Source: an uncultured Gammaproteobacteria bacterium (GTDB lineage Bacteria > Patescibacteriota > Microgenomatia > Woykebacterales > RBG-16-39-9b). Taken from it: DNA of 39,563 nucleotides. The position numbers and the translations under genes are program-made. The first letter of the stretch is position 1. Every line of letters starts with the position of its first letter. Shown here in pieces: positions 8,327 through 16,334 of this stretch. The notes beneath the pieces are model-generated. The model ran no database searches. It was not told the origin of the DNA and saw only the letters and a list, made by a program, of their open reading frames with translations. The stretch covers positions 137,296 to 176,858 of the forward strand of contig CAYIWY010000002.1 in NCBI GenBank assembly GCA_964367355.1, read 5' to 3'.

Positions 8327-9892
8327 TTAGTTTTTTACCTGGATAGATTTTTTTCCACGTTTAACATACCGAGTTGGGGCATCAATTTTCTCTTGAAAAT
8401 CTTGAGTAACTGCTTGCGAAGCAACATCAATCCGGCGGTCTTGTTTCCAATCGTGCAGATTGTAATTTAAAGCGATCTCAGCTTTTTGCAGTTCCGCTCC
8501 AAGATCGAGGGCGTGAAAGGACATTGAAATTAGTTCCCACTCACCGATTTGTTTAATGATTTCTTTGGCAGTTTTCCCATGAAACATCGTCAGTTCCGTC
8601 GCCATATCGTTGGTCATTAGTTTTGCCAGAATTAACTTATTCTCCCAGTCAATATCAATCAGCCAATTCCCCCGCGGGTCAATCTGGAAATGAAACCCTG
8701 GTTTATACTTGGCAGTTTCTTTGATATAGTATTTTTCGAGTAAATCGGCGGCCGTATTCCAATCATCAGCGTACATGTGGGCACTGTGGGTAATCATCGT
8801 CAACTTACCCATCGAGTAGCCGGCCGAGTCGGCAATTTCTTTTTGGAGTTTGCGGGCCGCAAACATATTGCGCGGCCAACCGTGGAACATATCTTGGGAC
8901 CGGACGTGGACGGTCATAAAGAACTTTTTGTCCTGTACCCCACCAATAATTTGGGTAATGCAAGGTGTATCGCCAGTATTGGCCGCCGCCCAATCAACCT
9001 TAACATTGTATAAAGAAGCGATCATTTTTTTGCTGTCCGGACGGTTTTGCAGCAGTTTTTTAATTTCTTCGATTTGGTTAATTCCTTCCATATTACGCAT
9101 CCGCTCGCCATAGTTGTAGGCCATTCCGGGGATACGTCGAGCAGTTAGCCATTCGGGGTAATAGGCTTTTAATTCATTTGTAGTAAATGGTAAATATTCA
9201 GGAAAATATTCATTTTCCGGATCTTCGTCGGTGACAACAGCGTTGAGGTTAAGGATTTCTTTTAATTCGTTAGTCGTGGCATAACGAGTGGATTTAACTC
9301 GACCATATTTTGTCACCATGTTGAGAACTTTTAACCAGAGGGCTGCCACCGTCGGCGCTTCAATCCGAAAACTCACTTGTTCGCTTGGCCAAGTGGTTAC
9401 CTTTTTCTCAGTCGCCGGAAAAATTTCAGCTTTAGCTCGGAAAGGTTTTTCTTTTTTAAATTTTTTAACAGCTGCAACAACTTCTTCTTTTGGTTTACCG
9501 CGCATGTCGACTAGTTCAACATTTTTACGAAAATCTTCTACAGCGTCTTTTGGAATTTCCGGCTCAATTTGTCCGGGTGCATCAATAATTTTGTAATCGT
9601 TGTCAATTCCTTTTTCCATAAAATTCCGTAGCGACGATCCAGAACCCGACATATCCGCTCCCCACATAACTAAATGGCGGATCGATGGGTTGGCCAAAAC
9701 ATTGCGCATCATGTGGTTGATCCCGGCTGGGCTGTAGAGGTTGCCAATGGCAGCGTAATCTTTTTTCTCAAGTGAATCTTTGATTACATCACGTTCTGTC
9801 CACAAAGTGACCACCCCAACTGATTGGTCCGGATCACCAACCCGCAAAATGTTTTCGTATAAAATCGGCCACTTTTCTGTTCTAGCTGCCAT
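8327..9892 (-). CDS. thyA: Thymidylate synthase fused to an N-terminal MtrA-like and a C-terminal DUF4346-like domain
   Basis: TS motifs YNYGER, TPC, RSQD..HGWPRN, SAHMY. N-terminus GINHMMRNVLANPSIRHL resembles MtrA. C-terminus has DPRG...HALDLGAELQKAE...QD. Confidence 0.85.
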   Translation of the reverse strand: MAARTEKWPILYENILRVGDPDQSVGVVTLWTERDVIKDSLEKKDYAAIGNLYSPAGINHMMRNVLANPSIRHLVMWGADMSGSGSSLRNFMEKGIDNDYKIIDAPGQIEPEIPKDAVEDFRKNVELVDMRGKPKEEVVAAVKKFKKEKPFRAKAEIFPATEKKVTTWPSEQVSFRIEAPTVAALWLKVLNMVTKYGRVKSTRYATTNELKEILNLNAVVTDEDPENEYFPEYLPFTTNELKAYYPEWLTARRIPGMAYNYGERMRNMEGINQIEEIKKLLQNRPDSKKMIASLYNVKVDWAAANTGDTPCITQIIGGVQDKKFFMTVHVRSQDMFHGWPRNMFAARKLQKEIADSAGYSMGKLTMITHSAHMYADDWNTAADLLEKYYIKETAKYKPGFHFQIDPRGNWLIDIDWENKLILAKLMTNDMATELTMFHGKTAKEIIKQIGEWELISMSFHALDLGAELQKAEIALNYNLHDWKQDRRIDVASQAVTQDFQEKIDAPTRYVKRGKKSIQVKN

Positions 9893-9894
9893 AA

Positions 9895-9950
9895 TTTCTT
9901 TAGCTTACGCTGCAAGGTGCAAGTTTGGTGCTACCTTTCAAAAGGTAGCT
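9895..9950. repeat. Truncated copy of the structured intergenic repeat
   Basis: TAGC...CAAGGTGCAAGTTTGGT plus the hairpin GCTACCTTTCAAAAGGTAGC; aligns with 1276-1323 and 4617-4671. Confidence 0.55.
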
Positions 9951-9958
9951 AAAATAAT

Positions 9959-10447
9959 CTATTCTAGTTCTTCACAAAGTTTAGACTCTTCTAGTTTTTT
10001 GTGATCATAACGACTAGTTTGAACTTCAACTTCTTGGTCAACTTCCTCAAATATTAGTTGAGCGATTGCAAGGCCCGGCCTTGTTAACACAGGTTTGTTT
10101 GAAAGATTTTTCAAAGTAAAAAGCGGTTTCCCTGCAAAATTTGGTGCTAAAATATCAGCTTCAAAAGTACACAGTACCCCTAGTCGAGCTAAACTTGATC
10201 GTGGAACAATCCGAGCAATTAAATTAGCTGGCAATTCGATAAATTCCAAAGCATTAACCAAAATAAAATTATCGTTTGTTAAGTAGTAATTATTTAATGA
10301 CAACTCCTTGTTCTTTGCAGGATCTAGCGCAACCGAATCTAGGTGCAAATCAATCGAAACAGTACCAACTGAAGCTTCATCAAAAGGGTTAATTTTTATT
10401 TTCTTTTCCGTAATTAATTTTTCAATTGACTGTTTCGAAAGAATCAC
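9959..10447 (-). CDS. dCTP deaminase/dUTPase-family paralogue lacking the catalytic Asp and Glu
   Basis: MILS, SIDLHL, PRSSLARLG and IAQL are present. DPG..G...LE is replaced by APN..G...FT. Confidence 0.85.
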   Translation of the reverse strand: MILSKQSIEKLITEKKIKINPFDEASVGTVSIDLHLDSVALDPAKNKELSLNNYYLTNDNFILVNALEFIELPANLIARIVPRSSLARLGVLCTFEADILAPNFAGKPLFTLKNLSNKPVLTRPGLAIAQLIFEEVDQEVEVQTSRYDHKKLEESKLCEELE

Positions 10448-11071
10448 CTATTTAACCCTCACAGACTTTTTTCCGTGTTTAATATAACGAGGTTCTTCGC
10501 TACTCATTTCTTGTGAAATACGGCTAGCATCCGGGCTTTTTTGGTTGGCATATTTTGCATTCTTTCTCTTATTATAGGGATTATCCGATGGGCTAGAAAG
10601 TTCCTCAAAGGTAAAAGAGCAAATCTTCATTCCTGGGTAAAGAGCGACTGGTAAAACCCCAATGTTTCCTAATTCTAATACTGGTGTACCATCCCAACCA
10701 GGATCAAAACGAGCCGCAGTCGAATGAACGATTATTCCAATTCTACCTAACGAGCTCCGCCCTTCCAACCTGCCTAATAAATCATCGGCGATTTTTAAAC
10801 TTTCGGTTGTTGTGGCAAGACAAAATTCTCCTGGACGCATGATAAAAGCTTCTCCCGTGCTAACAACAATATCTTTCATAATTTCACTTGATAAACTTGG
10901 ATTTCTCGGATCGATGTAAGGGTATTTAGAATGGTTGAAAATTTTAAAAGTATTCCCAAGATGGAAATCTATTGAACAACTACCTAGTTGGTCTTCGTAA
11001 TTTGGTGCAGGTTTAATCGCAATTTTACCTTCAGTGATATTGCGGCGAATATCGTGGTCGGAAAGAATCAT
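10448..11071 (-). CDS. dcd: dCTP deaminase
   Basis: MILSD (ATG at 11071), EGRSSLGR, HSTA, FDPGW.G..VLE, KY..Q. Confidence 0.95.
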   Translation of the reverse strand: MILSDHDIRRNITEGKIAIKPAPNYEDQLGSCSIDFHLGNTFKIFNHSKYPYIDPRNPSLSSEIMKDIVVSTGEAFIMRPGEFCLATTTESLKIADDLLGRLEGRSSLGRIGIIVHSTAARFDPGWDGTPVLELGNIGVLPVALYPGMKICSFTFEELSSPSDNPYNKRKNAKYANQKSPDASRISQEMSSEEPRYIKHGKKSVRVK

Positions 11072-11166
11072 ATAGTTTGGACGGCCCTCCGATTCACCGG
11101 AGACCCCCTTTGCGTTAACACTATAACAGAGATAATTATAATTAAGAAAGTAGTTCAAAAGGTATC

Positions 11167-11202
11167 AAAAAAGGACTGTTGCAATTATTTACAACAGCCC
11201 TT
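11167..11202 (-). terminator. Rho-independent terminator
   Basis: GGGCTGTTGTAA...TTGCAACAGTCC-TTTTTT. Confidence 0.75.
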
Positions 11203-11210
11203 CGCGATTT

Positions 11211-11423
11211 CTACTCCATTTTCGCCTCTATTTTCGTTCGTTCTTCGACAACTACCTGATGAACTCTCTGTCTACTTACTTTAAAATGCTTCGCCAACCC
11301 AGACTGAAGACCAGTTCGCACACCCTCAACCATGCTCTCTTTTTGGAGAAGGTAGCGAACAGCGATCCGAAGTTTCTCCGTTCGCTTTGGATCCCGCTTC
11401 TTCACTAGTTCTTGCGTTACCAA
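11211..11423 (-). CDS. Small HTH protein (sigma region 4-like)
   Basis: QSGLAKHFKVSRQRVHQVV helix-turn-helix; SD GAGGAGG. Confidence 0.75.
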   Translation of the reverse strand: MVTQELVKKRDPKRTEKLRIAVRYLLQKESMVEGVRTGLQSGLAKHFKVSRQRVHQVVVEERTKIEAKME

Positions 11424-11711
11424 TTACACTCCCTCCTCGATTGACTTGAGGTGAACACATCGCTTTGCTGAAAGAAAACCACCCCCGTGCTCACAATCCT
11501 GAAGAACAAACGAGCAACGTTTGTGCATGTAGGCAAAATCCACTTTGCAGTTCTCACAAGTGGAAAAATGCTGCACAAATGGAACCATCGGCCCTGGAAG
11601 TAAGATTCCGTTCTCCTCCAGACGATTGATCGCTGAACAAACACTCCTTGCGTGAGCCCAAACCTCCTTACAATCTTCTACCTTGTCTAGGTCCGACACT
11701 TTTTTGGACAA
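11424..11711 (-). CDS. Zinc-binding anti-sigma (ZAS/zf-HC2)-like protein
   Basis: DCKEV...QHFSTCENC (HxxxCxxC) plus extra Cys/His residues; SD AAGGAG; stop abuts the HTH gene start. Confidence 0.65.
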   Translation of the reverse strand: MSKKVSDLDKVEDCKEVWAHARSVCSAINRLEENGILLPGPMVPFVQHFSTCENCKVDFAYMHKRCSFVLQDCEHGGGFLSAKRCVHLKSIEEGV

Positions 11712-11830
11712 GTCCTCACTCCTTAAAGACTATGTCCCGCCACCAGAACGTTCACTATGGATTATATCAGAGGTTGCAAGCCGCTTGGTCTTTGACAAAT
11801 ATTATAAGTTGCGCAATAATGCTTTTGCTT

Positions 11831-12259
11831 ATGAAAACTTTTGAACGCAGCTCTTTAGTTAAATTTAGTCCACTGCTTGTCTTAGCAATCGTATTTTTTG
11901 TTCTCGCCCTTCTTAATCCACCATTGTTTAAGGGTGAAAACTCAGAAAAATTATCTACAAAGAAAGTAGTTGAAAATAAATCTCCAGAAATAAACATAGC
12001 AACTGAGTCTTCCGGGGATAATTCTGTTAAAGTCAATATCGATAACTCAAATACAACTTCTAATACAAATTCTCAAACAGGAACTTGTACTGTAACAAAA
12101 AACGGCAAAACTGAAATAGTTCCGGCTGGCTCAGTAAATATTAATGAAAAAAGCAGTGGGGATATAAATGTAAAAGTGGATTGTAATTCTTCTTCGAGTA
12201 CTTCCAACCAAACTTCAATCAAAAACGACGTCAATGTTAAAGTAGACACTTCCAACTAA
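11831..12259 (+). CDS. Ser/Asn/Thr-rich membrane-anchored or exported protein
   Basis: Likely start MKTFERSS downstream of TTGACA...AATAAT; one N-terminal hydrophobic helix; a Cys pair. Confidence 0.75.
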   Translation: MKTFERSSLVKFSPLLVLAIVFFVLALLNPPLFKGENSEKLSTKKVVENKSPEINIATESSGDNSVKVNIDNSNTTSNTNSQTGTCTVTKNGKTEIVPAGSVNINEKSSGDINVKVDCNSSSSTSNQTSIKNDVNVKVDTSN

Positions 12260-12386
12260 TATTTAATTCAAAAAAAGAGTTTTGAAAAAAGGAAATGGGT
12301 GCTTTCGTCTTCTCGATTGCTCGAAAAGATTTACAGCACCCACTTGATTGCTCTTCGTGGCGGGGTGTCCAACGAAAAGCTTTTTG

Positions 12387-12800
12387 CTATTGGCAGTGTG
12401 TTTCGACCAGGCTGGATTTTTGAGTTCCATCCGGTGAAACAGGGGCTGCCGTGATTGCGTCGCACCTTGTCTCGATGTCACGTACCTGCGCCCTTTGGAT
12501 ATGACGTAACCTCAAGGCTGCGTCGATGCGAGACCACTTGTCCTGTTCGATAAGACTGAGCTCAGACCAGCGGATGTCGCTGCGGAGCTTTTCCAACCGA
12601 ACTTCAATCTCCTGCTTCTTGATCTCGTCGACATTGCTGTCGAGTAAATCCTTGGCAAGAGTTTGTCCGACCGTCAAATCGTCCTTGAGGGATTCTTGTT
12701 CGGACAAAGCGAACGTTCCGATCAGCTTGACACCCACCACAACGGTGAGAATCAAAACTAACACGGTAACAATCGCAGCGAACTGTGCTGTTACTCTCAT
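12387..12800 (-). CDS. Hypothetical protein with an N-terminal TM helix (orphan unit)
   Basis: SD AAGGAGG; hydrophobic N-terminus; downstream stem TGGGTGCT...AGCACCCA with a T tract (12286-12342). Confidence 0.75.
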   Translation of the reverse strand: MRVTAQFAAIVTVLVLILTVVVGVKLIGTFALSEQESLKDDLTVGQTLAKDLLDSNVDEIKKQEIEVRLEKLRSDIRWSELSLIEQDKWSRIDAALRLRHIQRAQVRDIETRCDAITAAPVSPDGTQKSSLVETHCQ

Positions 12801-12839
12801 GAACTCCTCCTTAACTAATTCCCCCGCAATAAAGTTAAA

Positions 12840-12861
12840 TATATCGTTAAGAAACTCATAA
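12840..12861 (-). promoter_or_regulatory. 22-bp motif identical to the dprA promoter
   Basis: TTATGAGTTTCTTAACGATATA, an exact match to 17428-17449. Confidence 0.65.
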
Positions 12862-13006
12862 GTCTTAACTTATAACCCTAGTGTGGAAAAATCAGGTTGA
12901 ATTTAAACTATCTTATAGTATAACCGGTTTAGGTTCCAAAGTCAAGTTATTGAGTGTATAATTCTTTATCTTGACTAGTCTAATATTTTGTGTAAATATT
13001 TAGATA

Positions 13007-13294
13007 ATGTTAACTAAGGAAGATTTTAACCAGATACAAAAACTGTTTCAAAAACAATTCAAAGAAGGTTTGATGGGTTTTTGGGATGAAGTTTTAGAAC
13101 CTGTTATGGCAACTAAATCCGATCTAGAAAAACTAGCGACAAAAGAAGAATTAACTGAAGTAAAAGAAGAATTAACTGAAGTTCATCACAAAGTTGATTC
13201 GATTGACCGAAAGTTAGAAGCAGAAATTTCCTACCGCGATCGACTTGAGAAACGGTTTGTTAAGGTTGAAACTAAAGTTGGAATTAACAAATGA
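13007..13294 (+). CDS. Short coiled-coil protein
   Basis: MLTKEDF...ATKSDLEKLATKEEL heptads. Perfect 21-bp tandem duplication at 13141-13182; palindrome TCCGATTAAATCGGA downstream. Confidence 0.8.
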   Translation: MLTKEDFNQIQKLFQKQFKEGLMGFWDEVLEPVMATKSDLEKLATKEELTEVKEELTEVHHKVDSIDRKLEAEISYRDRLEKRFVKVETKVGINK

Positions 13295-13402
13295 CGTCCT
13301 CCCTTCCGATTAAATCGGAGTGGTTTCCGACATTTTCTTCAGGATTCTACTTTCATTCTAAGCTCTTATGCTCTGGTTTTCCTGTTAGGAAATAATTATT
13401 AT

Positions 13403-15412
13403 TTAAGCCTCAGCGACTGGTTGAGAAGGAATGTTTTCCAGAGCCGGGTTTTTCCAACTCATCCATTTACATTTTGGATAAGCGCTACAACCAAAGAACG
13501 GTCTGCCTTTTTTGGTACGTCGGATCACGACTGGATCGCCACTATCCGGACAAACTGCTTCGACTTTTTCTTCGAAGTTTTTGGTAAATTTGTGTTCCGG
13601 AAATTTCTCGCAAGCTAGAAATTTTCCAAATTTTCCATATCTTATTACTAGTGCGTGACCTTCTGGACACTTCTCATCAGTGGTTTCGGCAACGACTTTA
13701 ACTCGCTCGCTTTCTTTGTAAACCTTATCTAATAAAATAGCGAAAGGGTCATAAAATTCTTTGATCAAAGGCACCCACTTCACTTCCCCATTGGCAACAC
13801 TGTCGAGATCATCTTCAAGTTTGGCAGTAAAACTCAGATCCAAAAGTTGGGGGAAATTCAAGACCAAGAAGTCATTAACCGCAACTCCAAGCGGCGTTGG
13901 TTTAAATTTTCTTTCTTCCCGCTCGACATAATTGCGATCGAGAATAGTGGAAATAATTGGCGCATAAGTACTTGGTCGGCCAATTCCCTTTTCCTCAAGG
14001 GCTTTGATTAACGATGCTTCTGTATAACGTGGTGGTGGTTGGGTGAAATGCTGCTCGGGAAAAAGTTGTTTCAACTCTAGGCTGTCGCCTGCTTTTAACA
14101 ATGGCAATTTATTTTCTTCAATCGTGTCCCCTTCTTCACGGCCGTAAACTTTAAGCCAACCGGCAAATTTTATCAGTGAACCATTGGCCCGCAATAAATA
14201 ATCTTCTTTACTCTTGGCCGAAATATCCATTGAAATTTGATCGTAGATCGCGTCCTCTACTTGGGAAGCGAGAAATCGGTTCCAGATCAAATCATAAAGT
14301 TTTTTATGATCGTTACCTAAAGTTATTTTTTCTTTTTTAACATCAATTTTGGTTGGACGAATCGCTTCGTGAGCCTCCTGGGCAACTTTGGATTTTGTTT
14401 TATAGACACGGTTGCCTTCTGGCAAATATTCTTTACCAAGATTTTTCTCAATAAATTTTCTTGCTTCACTCAACGCTGAAGCAGCTAAATTCAGCGAGTC
14501 AGTTCGGTGGTAAGTGATAAAACCTTCTTCGTATAAATCTTGGGCCAATTTCATCGTCTTTTTTGAAGTGAAGCCAAAACGGTTGGCCGCAGTTTGTGTC
14601 AAAGTTGAGGTTGTAAATGGTGGGTATGGTGATTTTCTTGTGTCTTTTTGATTTACTTTGGCAACAGAGTATTTTGCGTTTTCTAGATCCTCAACAATTA
14701 CTTTCGAGTTTTTCTCGTTTTTCAATTCGATTTTTTTGCCTGCTTTTTCGAGTAAACTGGCAGTAAATTCATCCCCAGCTTTGGTTAAAAGAGCATCAAC
14801 CGACCAATACTCAATTGCAACAAATTTTTCAATTTCCCGCTCCCGATCAACTATCAAACGGACTGTCACTGATTGCACTCGACCAGCGGATAGCCCTTTT
14901 TTAACTTTGTACCAGAGCAAAGGAGAAAGTTTGTAACCAACTAGTCGATCTAATATTCGTCGTGCCTGCTGGGCATCAACTAGTTTCAAATCAAGCTGTC
15001 TAGGATGGCCCATAGCTTCTTTAATTGCATCTTCAGTAATCTCATGAAAAACGATTCTTTTGAGAGTAGTTGACTCTGCGTTTTCCTGAGCTTTTGTTTT
15101 TTTGCCCTTAACTTCCGAGACAATATGAGCAACATGCCAGGCAATTGCCTCACCTTCTCGGTCCGGGTCGGTTGCCAGAATAACTTCGGAAGATTTTTTG
15201 GCTAGTTCCTTAAGTCTTTCAACAGTTTTTCGTTTATCACGCGGAATAACGTATAGGGGCTCAAAATCCTTTTCAACTTCAACTCCAAGTTTGGCTTTGG
15301 GCAAATCACGAACATGACCCATCGAGGCTTCAATTACAAAATCGTTACCAAGAAAACGCGACAAGGTGCGAGCTTTAGTTGGGGATTCAACGATAATTAA
15401 AGGTTTTGACAT
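13403..15412 (-). CDS. topA: DNA topoisomerase I
   Basis: IVESPTK, ATDPDREGEAI, SAGRVQS, ITYHRTDS, AHEAIRPT, GIGRPSTY, C-terminal Zn ribbons. Start MSKPL at 15412. Confidence 0.98.
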   Translation of the reverse strand: MSKPLIIVESPTKARTLSRFLGNDFVIEASMGHVRDLPKAKLGVEVEKDFEPLYVIPRDKRKTVERLKELAKKSSEVILATDPDREGEAIAWHVAHIVSEVKGKKTKAQENAESTTLKRIVFHEITEDAIKEAMGHPRQLDLKLVDAQQARRILDRLVGYKLSPLLWYKVKKGLSAGRVQSVTVRLIVDREREIEKFVAIEYWSVDALLTKAGDEFTASLLEKAGKKIELKNEKNSKVIVEDLENAKYSVAKVNQKDTRKSPYPPFTTSTLTQTAANRFGFTSKKTMKLAQDLYEEGFITYHRTDSLNLAASALSEARKFIEKNLGKEYLPEGNRVYKTKSKVAQEAHEAIRPTKIDVKKEKITLGNDHKKLYDLIWNRFLASQVEDAIYDQISMDISAKSKEDYLLRANGSLIKFAGWLKVYGREEGDTIEENKLPLLKAGDSLELKQLFPEQHFTQPPPRYTEASLIKALEEKGIGRPSTYAPIISTILDRNYVEREERKFKPTPLGVAVNDFLVLNFPQLLDLSFTAKLEDDLDSVANGEVKWVPLIKEFYDPFAILLDKVYKESERVKVVAETTDEKCPEGHALVIRYGKFGKFLACEKFPEHKFTKNFEEKVEAVCPDSGDPVVIRRTKKGRPFFGCSAYPKCKWMSWKNPALENIPSQPVAEA

Positions 15413-15545
15413 AATTCTTCTAACTATATCAGTAAGCCGCAAGCGGTGGCAATTTGCAAAGTTTCCAGTACTTGAAAGTTTTCTATATTTACAGTACAAT
15501 CCTGCGCTGAGAGAAAAATAAACAAGGAAGTTAAGGAGGATTGGT

Positions 15546-16277
15546 TTGGATAATAATCACGGCAGGGACGTCCATCCGCGTGACATGCATGTGCGACCAG
15601 GAAAAACACCGCCAGTAACACCGACACTGATGGAACTGGCTGCAGATGAAAATCCAATGGCCTTGATCAATGATCTTTTCGTTGATAACTGGCGACCCTG
15701 GATCGCAATTTATTGTGGAGACGGACGTTGGGCAGACAAAGTGGCTTCGGCAATTTGTTCCTACAATGCCGGTGGGACTGACCAAATCTCTGTTATGGGA
15801 AGTGTCAGTACTCTGGCGAAGTTTATTCGGAACGAAAAACGTTGGTACCATCGACTCAGGAACTTTTTTGGTCTCGATCGCGATGGTGCTCTTGAACTTC
15901 TAACCGAGCAAATCATCTTCGCTCACGAGCACCACAACATCAGAGGAATCCAAGTGATCACCCACCCACTTTGCGGTGGAACCAAGGATCGGGTTATTAA
16001 ACGAGTTAAAGGAGCACAACTTGTTTATTCGAGCCCAACAAAAGCTCTTCCCGAACTGGTGCAAGTAACACGAAGGGCTGAACTGGAAATTCATCGGGAG
16101 GACTTGGACGTTTTCCGCGATTGGGTGTTTGCGCGTTTTCCATTCATTGACGCAGTCGAATATCTACGATCGACAAAATCTCGTTTGGAACCGTTCTCGC
16201 ATCATGAAATGGCCAATTGCGCGCAAATCGAACGAATGCTGGCCGAAGGAAGGTTGAAGGAAAGCGATTTAACGTAA
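15546..16277 (+). CDS. Putative beta-carbonic-anhydrase-fold Zn protein (orphan unit)
   Basis: CGDGR and HPLCGG match the CxDxR/HxxC ligand pattern; SD AAGGAGG. Confidence 0.6.
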   Translation: MDNNHGRDVHPRDMHVRPGKTPPVTPTLMELAADENPMALINDLFVDNWRPWIAIYCGDGRWADKVASAICSYNAGGTDQISVMGSVSTLAKFIRNEKRWYHRLRNFFGLDRDGALELLTEQIIFAHEHHNIRGIQVITHPLCGGTKDRVIKRVKGAQLVYSSPTKALPELVQVTRRAELEIHREDLDVFRDWVFARFPFIDAVEYLRSTKSRLEPFSHHEMANCAQIERMLAEGRLKESDLT

Positions 16278-16283
16278 CTATAT

Positions 16284-16327
16284 AGCCGATTGTTTCTAAA
16301 TTTTGAAACAGTCGGCTTTTTCTTTTG
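16284..16327 (+). terminator. Rho-independent terminator
   Basis: AGCCGATTGTTTC...GAAACAGTCGGCT-TTTTCTTTT. Confidence 0.8.
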
Positions 16328-16334
16328 GATAAAA

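Noticed and set aside
8327-11071. Phage-type base-modification cluster (dCMP hydroxymethylase)
   Set aside because: The TS specificity residue is Asn (dUMP-type), the context is chromosomal housekeeping, and there are no glycosyltransferase or phage genes. dUMP hydroxymethylation cannot be strictly excluded.
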